Source of the DNA: Thermodesulfovibrionales bacterium
GTDB taxonomy: Bacteria > Nitrospirota > Thermodesulfovibrionia > Thermodesulfovibrionales > SM23-35
Reading direction: 5' to 3'
Length of the DNA: 18,050 nt
NCBI GenBank assembly: GCA_963715195.1
Contig: CAVQRT010000027.1
Coordinates: 1 to 18,050 of the forward strand
Part shown: one piece after another, positions 7,541 through 16,720 of the stretch
Layout of the letters: every line of letters begins with the position of its first letter
How positions within the stretch are numbered: the stretch's first letter is position 1
Notes under the pieces: generated by a model
What the model saw: the letters and a program-made list of their open reading frames with translations, nothing else
What the model was told of the DNA's origin: nothing
Database searches by the model: none
Translations under genes and position numbers: made by a program

Positions 7541-7738
7541 TTATTGCTCAGTTCCTTTTGAATCTCTCTGTGAAGCCCTCTGCTCCTTTTTCTTCGTCTT
7601 CCCCAACAAAGTTGCAATAACTTGGCCAAGAATCCCTCCAACAGCCGTCACCAGGATTGTCGGTATAAGACTGAATTTGAGAATATAATGAGTAACTGCA
7701 AATGCGATTATAGCTCCTGCAATGGAATATTTTGTCAT
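7541..7738 (-). CDS. Small two-TM membrane protein
   Basis: Two hydrophobic segments and a basic tail; SD AAGGGGGA. Confidence 0.7.
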   Translation of the reverse strand: MTKYSIAGAIIAFAVTHYILKFSLIPTILVTAVGGILGQVIATLLGKTKKKEQRASQRDSKGTEQ

Positions 7739-7991
7739 AGCGTATCCCCCTTAGCCCTCTGTCGGTTAACAGTTATTAGATTGGATGAGAATACCTCAAA
7801 TATTTTGAATCGGGATATGTTTCTAAATATAGCAAATTTATTTATGAAGTCAATCTTTTTTGAAGCTTCAAAGGCCAGCGAGATGGGCAGTCTGACTTAT
7901 TTAATGGGTAGTCTCAGCAGTATCGGTGAGGAAATTAATGAGTAGGCTCGGAATCGACTCTAACACTGTCAGCCATTCTCAGCTTTTCCTT

Positions 7992-8495
7992 TCAATTTTT
8001 TTCAAATAAGGATTCTATTAACTTAGTTACGATTGCCCAAAAAAGAAATCTACCCAATAAATATAGAGGATAGGCAATGAAAAGAAAAAATAGAAAAACA
8101 TAAAAATAATCAATCTTATAAATAATATTATCAAAGACCCTCTCGCCCTTATCATTGTAAGATGCATTGATATTTTTACCAATTGGAGAATCCCCAATAT
8201 ACCAAGTATCGAATTTGATATTGGGGAAGTCTCTTTTTATGGTAATTTTGATAACATTGTCGTTTGTGTTTTTCGGGAAATGTAGATTAATGTCTTCTGG
8301 TTTAGGTAGTTTTCCACCTATCTGTGGGACTTTGTCGCCGACGAAGACCGGCGTTATTACTTGAACATCGACTTCATAAAGTCTCCTTTCTTCACTAAAC
8401 CAATAACTGAGAAAAAATGAAATTCCAGCCAAAAACAACAGAAAAATTATAATCAATCTGTCTCTTGCAATTATCTTCTTAACAGCTGGTTTCAT
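7992..8495 (-). CDS. Hypothetical membrane protein (N- and C-terminal TM helices)
   Basis: 167-aa ORF with two hydrophobic stretches; ATGA overlap with the upstream ORF. Confidence 0.75.
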   Translation of the reverse strand: MKPAVKKIIARDRLIIIFLLFLAGISFFLSYWFSEERRLYEVDVQVITPVFVGDKVPQIGGKLPKPEDINLHFPKNTNDNVIKITIKRDFPNIKFDTWYIGDSPIGKNINASYNDKGERVFDNIIYKIDYFYVFLFFLFIAYPLYLLGRFLFWAIVTKLIESLFEKN

Positions 8496-8668
8496 AATCT
8501 TTTCTTATTACTTCTCGCTATTTTTTTCTTCGTAAACTTTGCAGACCCATATCCCTGATGTTCGCTTAATGGTTCAATGCACCGGTGAACAATGTTTCCA
8601 TTTTTATCTGTAATAATTTCTTTGTATGAGTTGTTTTCTCTGTCTATCACTCGGTCTAGGTTGTTCAT
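8492..8668 (-). CDS. 58-aa ORF, possibly the C-terminal part of a conserved hypothetical protein
   Basis: MNNLDRVIDRENNSYKEIITDKNGNIVHRCIEPLSEHQGYGSAK...; ATGA overlaps on both sides; family resemblance is from recall only. Confidence 0.5.
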   Translation of the reverse strand: MNNLDRVIDRENNSYKEIITDKNGNIVHRCIEPLSEHQGYGSAKFTKKKIARSNKKRL

Positions 8669-8829
8669 TTCTTCTCGCCAATACCTTTTAATGCCTAAAA
8701 GATTAGAATAGTTGGAACGACAATCATGGTTGTATGCTTGATGATTGCTATTGGATTGTAATCTTCCCTGATAACTAAAAATAACAATAGACCTCCGACT
8801 ATTAAGACAATCCTCTGATAAATGTTCAT
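8665..8829 (-). pseudogene. Small membrane protein similar to 2307-2507, with an in-frame TAG
   Basis: MNIYQRIVLIVGGLLLFL...PTILIF*ALKGIGEKK*; SD-like GAAGGT. Confidence 0.55.
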
Positions 8830-8876
8830 ATCAATACCTTCTATTGGTTTTTTCCTTCACATAGAAGGAAGGGGAG

Positions 8877-9140
8877 TCATTTTTTGCTCCTCTTTATAAA
8901 TTCATCTAATGGGTTAGGCTTTGGAATACATTCGTTCCAAGCAAAGGCAGCACTCTCTGCATTTAAATTTGGTGGCCCGCTGGCACCACAATTATCACAA
9001 TGAACATAATAAGCTTTTTTTGTTTTGACCACAGAAGGGAAATCTACGGAGTATGTCGACATCTTGAGAACAACCGAGCCACAAAATGGGCAATTATTTA
9101 AACGATACTTTATTTTATCTCTTGTTTCACCAAATGTCAT
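8877..9140 (-). CDS. Lar-family restriction alleviation protein (zinc ribbon)
   Basis: LNNCPFCG...YYVHCDNCGASGP...AAFAWN matches the Lar_restr_allev pattern. Confidence 0.8.
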   Translation of the reverse strand: MTFGETRDKIKYRLNNCPFCGSVVLKMSTYSVDFPSVVKTKKAYYVHCDNCGASGPPNLNAESAAFAWNECIPKPNPLDEFIKRSKK

Positions 9141-9528
9141 CGTTATGTCACCAAATAGGCTTTACGTTTTTACTGACATTTCACTGACACTTGTTAGGGT
9201 ATTGGATGGAATTTATCTATTTGAATTTTCTATTTTTTCAATAGTGAAATGCTTCAACATCCGCAGTTCCTTTCAAGTTGAGTTTTCAAGTTGTTATAGA
9301 ATTCCGCCCTTTTTGAAGAGCGTTATGGATTATTATGCATAATCTTGACCGACTTTTCTCATCAACGATGAAACAATGACTGTTGCTGAAATCGTGGAAA
9401 AGTGGACTGAAGAAACTTACTCTGATAGGACGAGAAAAAGATTCTTTATAGGATAGTAGCCAGAAGAAGATGTTACTGGCTGCCTCTGCCTGTTAACATT
9501 TCCAGCATTTCTTTTCACTTGCTAAATT

Positions 9529-9837
9529 CTATTCTTTGAGGACTTTCTTCTTTTCTTCAAATTCTTCTCTGTTAATTTCTCCCTTGGCATATCTTTCCTT
9601 AAGAATATCAAGTGCAGTATTTTCTTTTGTTTCCTTGCTGCCTTGTTTTGAAGATGCAGAAAGCCATTTTATGAGATAAATAACACCTATGATTACTGCA
9701 ACCCAGAATATGATATTAATGATACCCATAACCCAACCTGCTCCATATCCCATCATACCTGGCCCCATTCCTCCGCCATATCTGTCGTAACCACCCCATT
9801 GAAGCACTATGTTATTAATAAATGAAAATGAACTCAC
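9529..9837 (-). CDS. SHOCT-domain membrane protein
   Basis: G/M-rich N-terminus, TM helix, ALDILKERYAKGEINREEFEEKKKVL; GTG 9837 follows SD AAAGGAG. Confidence 0.9.
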   Translation of the reverse strand: MSSFSFINNIVLQWGGYDRYGGGMGPGMMGYGAGWVMGIINIIFWVAVIIGVIYLIKWLSASSKQGSKETKENTALDILKERYAKGEINREEFEEKKKVLKE

Positions 9838-10195
9838 AATTGCTCCTTTCCTCAACTTTTTTTGTCATGCAAGTTCCTCATGAACCATTGTACTCCTTTT
9901 GAAGGTAATGGGGAAGAATGGCGAAGCTGGAATGCGTAGCAGGTATATCCAAGGAATGATTTGAAAGTATTATCGCTTAAACTCTAATCAACCTCGTAGG
10001 CAACCTTGCCAATATTTTGTTGCCATCTGACCGTAGCCTTCTGAGAATCCCTTTACAGGGCAACAACTGTCCAAACCATCGCATAAGATTTGGCAGATTT
10101 ATGATAGAAAATACATTCTGAATAAAGTAAGCAGTCAATGATTTAGGAGTAGCTTTATTAATAAATAAATGCAGTAAATTGAGGGAAAATATTTA

Positions 10196-10651
10196 ATGGG
10201 TGAGATGATAGAAATATTCTGTAAGGAGTGCGATTACAGAAAAGGTTTTTCGCTTGGCGTGGGGATGGAGTATTATTCTGTCGAAAATGTTTTAGAGCTT
10301 GTCCATCCTTCGTGCTGGAAGGAAATTAAGGATATTTTCCATAATCATGAAGTTCTGGTACAAGACGGCTGTCATACTCTATTTCGTTGCGTCAAATGCA
10401 ATGCGTTGTATGAACGGTTCTATTTGAAAATTTACTATCAAACGCACGATGGCGAGAAAAGGACATATGAGACGCCTCATTTCTGCTCCAAATGTCGGAC
10501 AGAATTGACTCCGGTGAATGTCGTCGAAGAAATTGATGAAGACGATTACGGAGGAGAACAAGAAAAATTAGCTTCCTTTGTTGAGCAATTACCCTGCCCA
10601 AAGTGTGCGAAGAAATCCCTTGCCATTCAGAATACAGGTTATTGGGACTAA
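10196..10651 (+). CDS. Cys-rich hypothetical protein with four CxxC motifs (probable Zn binding)
   Basis: CKEC, CVKC, CSKC, CPKC; ends GYWD; SD GAGGG. Confidence 0.8.
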   Translation: MGEMIEIFCKECDYRKGFSLGVGMEYYSVENVLELVHPSCWKEIKDIFHNHEVLVQDGCHTLFRCVKCNALYERFYLKIYYQTHDGEKRTYETPHFCSKCRTELTPVNVVEEIDEDDYGGEQEKLASFVEQLPCPKCAKKSLAIQNTGYWD

Positions 10652-10700
10652 CTGCATATCAAAACAGACGGAGTAAAAATACTGTGGATACGTTAGGGAG

Positions 10701-10969
10701 TTATCTCTGAATCTCTAACCCTATCTTATATGTACCATTCCCAAACTTCTTATACCATCTGACAACTGCCTTCTTTGCCTTAGGCACGACAACGCTGCTC
10801 ACAATGATTTCTTGACCCTCATCGAGAGGCTGATGTGCTATCAGACACAGTCCCGAAGCACTCCAATCCTTTATCATTCCCTTCAACACGGTATCAGATA
10901 TATCCGGTGATGGAGCTAACGAACCATTTGCATAAGGTCATCTCTTTTATATGTTCTCCGCTCTATCAT
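10701..10969 (-). CDS. Stand-alone PilZ-domain protein, frameshifted near 10916
   Basis: ATG 10969 gives MIERRTYKR (RxxxR); after a 1-nt shift, APSPDISDTVLKGMIKDWSASG (DxSxxG)...AVVRW...YKIGLE. Confidence 0.75.
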
Positions 10970-11045
10970 CTGTATGACCTTTTTTCTGCGGAATAGATTG
11001 CGGGAAAAAGGAGTGGTTTGTCAATATTGATTCGCTCAGTAATCG

Positions 11046-11079
11046 GTAGGAATCGAACCTGCGACACCAGGTTTAGGAA
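11046..11079 (-). pseudogene. tRNA-Arg(CCT) 3' fragment, anticodon loop to T-arm (att core-like)
   Basis: Minus strand TTCCTAA ACCTG GTGTC GCAGG TTCGATT CCTAC; no 5' half and no acceptor stem. Confidence 0.8.
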
Positions 11080-11220
11080 AACTAATACGGGGACTACACA
11101 AGGTCTTGAAAATACCGAATAAAGCCTTATCAGTCAAGGGTTTATCCCCTATCTTGTTTCGATATAGTTCGATATATTTCTACCGTTTTCGCTATGTTTT
11201 TTTCACGTTTTTATCACGTT
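11080..11220. repeat. Copy 3 of 141-bp att-arm-like element
   Basis: Colinear with 1976-2116 at a constant offset of 9104; IHF-like AGTCAAGGGTTTA at 11132-11144. Confidence 0.92.
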
Positions 11221-11530
11221 TCTTCCATATCTTCTTCATGTTTCCTTCACATCTTTTGTCTAACCTAAGATTAGGACAGTTTGATTTTCACTCCTTTCTC
11301 TCAACGAGAGTCTCCCCTGCTCTGGTTGACTCAAACTGTCCCCTCTATTCCTTTCTGAAGTCTGCAGGACTAACGTCCGGTAAGAAATAGCGGAGTACTC
11401 CTGAAAATCACTACCCACACGAAAAATATTTTCAAAACAGCAATTTCCCCAAGAAAAAAAGCAATATTTCTGTTGCAATACACTAATTAAGTGATAGTCT
11501 ATAAATAAGAGTGAAAAATGGGGGGAGAAG

Positions 11531-11580
11531 TGGGCAGGGATAAAGTTCTTCCGTGAAAGATTTCTCTGCCCATTTATTTT
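11531..11580 (+). terminator. Stem-loop with T-rich tail (terminator-like)
   Basis: TGGGCAGGGA...TCTCTGCCCA followed by TTTATTTT. Confidence 0.45.
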
Positions 11581-11604
11581 GCCTGATTGTCACCTTGCCA
11601 TACA

Positions 11605-11633
11605 TTGACAATAATCCTACCGTCTGATATAAG
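11605..11633 (+). promoter_or_regulatory. Sigma70 promoter of the TSP3-repeat gene
   Basis: TTGACA-17-TATAAG with TG extension; SD AAAGGGGGA before ATG 11674. Confidence 0.75.
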
Positions 11634-11673
11634 TGAATTAGTCTGCCGCAACTAATATCCAAAGGGGGAAGTC

Positions 11674-13933
11674 ATGTTTAGGGGGAGATTTCATAATTCT
11701 GTAGTAGTCGCAATTGCCTGTATTACAATCGCAATGTCTTTTTGCGGATATGCTTCAGCACAGGAAGTTGAGCCGCCATATTCTTATCCAATAGCAGTAG
11801 GTAGCACTTTCTGTAGCGCCAATTGCCCAAGCGGTATCTATCCTACAATGTGCGAGCTGAGCCTACCGATAGCTTTATTCTCAGCACCAAGCCCAGTCCC
11901 TGATAATCTAAAATTTGGTTGGACAAGTCTTTTATCTCAGCCTGGCAGCACAAGTGAGTATGGTGCTTTAATGTGTGCTGGAATACCTTATCAGGATATC
12001 TGTGCATCGGGCGGCATTTGGGGTGTACCAGGCACTTCAACTGCGACTATGCGGAATTTGGAGTCTCTGATGTTTGACCCTTCCTTTGATGCAGCAAACA
12101 AGGAAAAGGATATTTCGGGTAATGTGACAGGTTGGTGGACCCTTCTTCCTCAGACTATGCACCTTGACCCAATGTCTCCACCCGACCCAAATCCTGTTAT
12201 AGGGCATGTTTTAACACGCATAATTGCAGTTTGCGCACTCGGAATTTCTGGGTGCAGGGCCTTTGATGCCCCGCCTGGCTTATGTTCTGCGTTCCCAGTT
12301 AATTCGGTCGTTATTGACCGAATTTCTTGTTTGCCCTGTTCTGGGACTCCAAATCTTCATATAATGACTCAGTATCCAATAAATTTTGGTGAAGTAAATG
12401 TAGGAGATTCATCAACCGCGCAAGAAGTAAGGATATTAAATGCGGGTAGCAATATATTGTACATCAATGAAGTCGACATTACAGGCTCTGACTCATCAGA
12501 GTTCACCATACAGAGCAATGACTGCTCCGTTAGACTTTTAATGCCATCATCAGAATGCACCATCCAACTGGGTTTCTCTCCGACTAACGGCGGTCAAAGA
12601 AATGCTACACTCGCTATATCATCAAATGACCCATATAATCCAGTTACTGAAGTGTCTTTAAATGGGTGGGGTATGGTTCCGTCATATAATCTCTCCGTTA
12701 CAAACATAATGGGCTCTGGCAGCGTCTCAGCAATTGGTATTGCTTGTCCAGCCGACTGCTCTGAAACTTATAATTCTGGAACGAATGTCGAGCTCACAGC
12801 AAACCCTGATTCCGGCTGGTACTTTGATTATTGGGGAGGCGATATATCTGGGGATGCGAATCCGTATAGCCTATTGATAGATGCGAATAAGAGTATTACG
12901 GCTGCATTCCAAGAAATTGATACTGATGGCGATGGTGTCCCTGATTCGAGGGATAACTGTCCGCTTGACCAGAATCCTGACCAAAGCGACATGGACAGCG
13001 ACGGTAAAGGAGATGTGTGCGACACTTGCCCTAACGATGAAGACAATGACATAGATTCAGACGGTATATGCGGAGATACCGACAATTGTCCAAATGTATC
13101 CAATTCTAATCAATTAGATTCTGATGCAGATGGAATAGGTGATGCGTGTGATACTTGTCCTTACGACAAAGATAACGATATTGATGGGGACGGTGTGTGC
13201 AGCAATATCGATAATTGCCCCAATATAGCTAATCCTGGGCAGAGCGATGCGGACCAAGACGGGATTGGTGACGACTGTGATATCTGCCCTCATGATTCTC
13301 AAAATGATATTGACTCGGACGGAGTATGTGGTGACACAGACAATTGTCCATCGATTGCAAATTCAAATCAGGCGAACTCAGACGGGGATGGGTTAGGGGA
13401 TGTCTGTGACCCATGCCCGTTTGATTCTCAAAATGATATTGATGCGGGATGGAGTTTGCGGAGATGTTGATAATTGTCCGGGATTCCAAATTCAAGTCAG
13501 TCTGATGCAGATGGGGATGCTTTTCGGAGATGTATGTGACTCATGCCAGTATGATGCAGATAATGACATCGACGGAGACACATCTGTGGTGATACGGACA
13601 ATTGCCCCAATGTTGCTAAATGCTGACCAAGCCGACATGGATGGTGATGGTGTGGGCAATGTCTGCGACGATGATGCTGACGGAGATGGCTTTACCAATA
13701 ATGTTGACTGTAATGACTTGAATCCAAATATCAATCCACAAGCCTGTGACATCAGGAACGACGGTATTGACCAAGACTGTGACGGTGTAGACAGGACAAA
13801 GGGTAAGCCGTGTGTTACGGAAACCGATGAAGGGTTAAAAGAAAGGGCGTGCTCTGATGGCGTTGATAACGATAATGACGGATTTGTAGATTGTGCTGAC
13901 TCTGACTGTGTTAAGAAGAAGGAGTGCAGATAA
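11674..13933 (+). CDS. Large secreted protein: Cys-rich N-region, choice-of-anchor-D/Ig-like domain, InlB-B-type repeat, thrombospondin type 3 repeats, MopE-like metal-binding motif; several frameshifts in ~13440-13620
   Basis: Signal peptide ending ASA-Q; INFGEVNVG...F.PT..G.R.ATL.ISSNDP; VELTANPDSGWYFDYWGGD; repeated D.D.DG.GD.CD.CP; DCND.NP.INP...DGIDQDCDG. Confidence 0.85.
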
Positions 13934-14040
13934 AGGCGGGCTCAGATTATTCTCTGGTATTAGTCTAATTCACACTGTATGCTTCGGATACTTTCTTTCT
14001 GATATAATTTACCTGTAAAGTTCCAGATGTTTTTAACAAT

Positions 14041-16184
14041 ATGATGACAAGGGAGATAATTGAAAGCACAATCCATATATGTCAATTAATCTCAGAGCAT
14101 AATCTTTCCAAAGCAAAACTGGACAAAACCCAAAATAAGACACATTGGGAAAATTATAATAATTTTATTGTTCCGGCAATAAACGAATTTAAATCTCAAA
14201 ACAATACTGCAACTCCCAACAAAATCCTCTCGAGATTTTTGAATGACTATATTGAAAAAAATAATCTTACTGGAGCATTTGCTTCCAGTGATTTTCATAT
14301 TGTCGGCAGATTCATCAACCCGTACTTTTGGGCTTGCATCCATGAAAAACACTCTGAATCCCAACAGTATACGAAATCACCACAGCTATATATTCTTATC
14401 AATAAACACGGGATTAAATTTGGCTTTGATTACGGCAATGCTGTTAAGAGGACAGACCCAGCAGTCCAATTAGTTCTATCAGATGTAAGGTTACAGAAAA
14501 AGGTCTTGGACGCATATAAACAAGTAGAAGGTCTTAAAATCTATGCAGACGTCGAAGCGAGCGAAGAACCAGAACCAAGAAACGAACTAAAAAGTTTCAA
14601 TCAACAAGACGTTGGAGAAAATTGGGATGAAAATACACACGTTATAGCTTATTACCCCATTTTAAATCTGCCAGACAATTTAGATGGTAAGATTACCGAG
14701 ACTTTTGACCAACTTCTAGAATTATTTAAAATGACATCCTCAGATACTGCCAATAAAATTGACACGGCCAAATCGGATAGACAGGAAGATGAAGAACCAT
14801 TGAGAATGGGTCTTTCGAGTGAAAAGAATAAATACTGGCTTTATGCCCCCGGGGAAAGAGCTAGGTTATGGGAAGAATTTTATGAAGAAGGGATTATTGG
14901 CATCGGTTGGGATTATCTAGGAGAATTATCATCCTATAGAACAAAACAAGACATAGCTAATGCTATCAAGACGTACAAAGGTGGCGATAGTTCAAGAAAA
15001 AATGATGCAAGAGCTTGTTATGACTTTATTTATACACTCAAGCAGGGCGATATAATTATTGCAAAAAGGGGAAGAAAAGAATATTTGGGATATGGCGTCG
15101 TAAAGTCTGAATATATTTTTGATGCCAGTCGGCCCGAATACAAAAATATCAGAAAAGTAAACTGGCTTAAAAAAGGCAGGTGGCAGGAAACAGCAAATTC
15201 AAATAGCCTTAAAAACATTAACGGATATTACTCAATACAAGGATTATGTCAAGAGACTGAGCAACCTTCTTGGCATAGATTTAACCGATACTGAACGCCC
15301 ATCTCCACAGGAGAGTCCTGTTTCCATCGAGGAAATTCTTTCAGATTTATTTATAGACAAAGAGGAATTTTTAAAAATACTCAGTCGTTTCAGAACTAAG
15401 AAGAACCTTATACTTCAAGGCCCCCCGGGAGTTGGAAAGACTTTTTTTGCAAAGAAACTTGCTTATTCATTAATAGGTATTAGGGACATATCAAGGGTTC
15501 AAATGGTTCAGTTCCACCAGTCCTATGCTTATGAGGACTTTATTCAGGGTTATCGTCCTAGTGATGAAGGAAAGTTTGTCTTGAAGGACGGAATCTTTTT
15601 TAACTTCTGTCAGCTTGCCAAGAAAGACCCTCAACAGAAGTTCGTTTTTATCATAGATGAAATAAATAGAGGTAATCTGAGTAAAATTTTTGGTGAAGTA
15701 ATGTTGCTTATCGAGTCAGACAAAGAAGTGGTGATTGGTCTATACCGCTTGTTTACACATCGGACAATAATATCAAGTTTTATGTTCCAGAGAACTTATA
15801 CTTACTCGGATTGATGAATACCGCTGACCGTTCGTTGGCAATGGTCGATTACGCTCTGCGGAGACGGTTCAGTTTTGTCAGCCTTGTCCCCCAATTCCAC
15901 AATGACAAATTCCGAAGAATGCTGAGAGAAAAAGGGACACTGGATACGCTTGTTGATAAAATCGTTAATAGGATGTCTTCGTTAAACGAGAAGATTGGAA
16001 ATGATAATAACTTGGGTGATGGATATAAAATTGGTCATAGCTATTTTTGTCCAGACAACTCAGTAAAACCTGATGATAAATGGTATAGGGATGTAATAGA
16101 GACAGAAATAGCCCCCTCCTAATGGCATATTGGTTTGACCCGCCCGAAAAAGCTGCAAAAGAGATAAGATATCTTCTTGAATAA
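14041..16184 (+). CDS. mcrB: McrB-like AAA+ GTPase with extended N-terminal region; frameshifts near 15195, 15727 and 16117
   Basis: NLILQGPPGVGKT (Walker A at 15419-15442, outside the ORF track), VQFHQSYAYEDFIQG, IIDEINRGN, MNTADRS..DYALRRRF, IGHSYF; extended -10 TGaTATAAT at 14000-14008. Confidence 0.9.
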
Positions 16185-16189
16185 CTGCA

Positions 16190-16720
16190 GTGGAAATCCC
16201 AATTCAAAACATCTATTACTTACTTTGTTACGCATATAACAAACTTGAAGAAAGGGTAAAATCCTCGATGTCGAGACGGAAAAATGTGGAAACATAGAAA
16301 ACCTTTTTGCACGAGTCTTATCTAGCGGGATATCCCTATTAATCAGAAGGGGTCTGGACAGAGGTTATGTGGCCTTTGATGATGAGTTAAGTGGTATTCG
16401 AGGGAAAATTAACTTCAGTGTCTCAATAAGGAAGCGACTTTTTCATCAGGCAAGAGCCTTTTGTGAGTATGACGAGTTACATTTCAATGTTCTACATAAC
16501 AGAATTTTAAAGGCTGCAATTAAACTCCTCCTCGGTACAGAGGGGTTAGATTCATTATTTAAGGATAAATTATCACAGATATATCGCATTTTTTCTGAAA
16601 TAGATGAGATTAAACTCCATAAGAGAGATTTCCGTTTAGTCCAACTTCATGCCAATAACAACTTTTATGATTTTTTATTAAACATATCAGAACTTATACT
16701 AGATAACGTCTCGGTTTCAG
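16190..16720 (+). pseudogene. mcrC: McrC-like restriction subunit, 5' portion, interrupted by IS256
   Basis: GTG 16190 gives EIPIQNIYYLLCYAY (McrC-like N-terminus); later IRRGLDRGY..IRGKINF..C.YDE...N.LHNRILKA; frame ends at the IS left end; additional frameshift near 16255. Confidence 0.85.

Noticed and set aside
7942..7975. Another tRNA T-arm-like fragment (GAGTCGATTCCGAG on the minus strand)
   Set aside because: No TTC loop and no pairing T-stem.
1930..11080. Intact tRNA genes at 1942-1975, 5496-5531 and 11046-11079
   Set aside because: Each lacks the 5' acceptor strand and D-arm, so none can form a cloverleaf; treated as att-like fragments.
11258..11341. Integron attC site (GTCTAAC fits RYYYAAC)
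   Set aside because: No matching GTTRRRY at a suitable position, no intI, and nearby genes are in mixed orientation.
11106..11390. 94-aa Phe-rich ORF
   Set aside because: TTG start, runs through the non-coding repeat and hairpins, and the frame is not preserved in copy 2.
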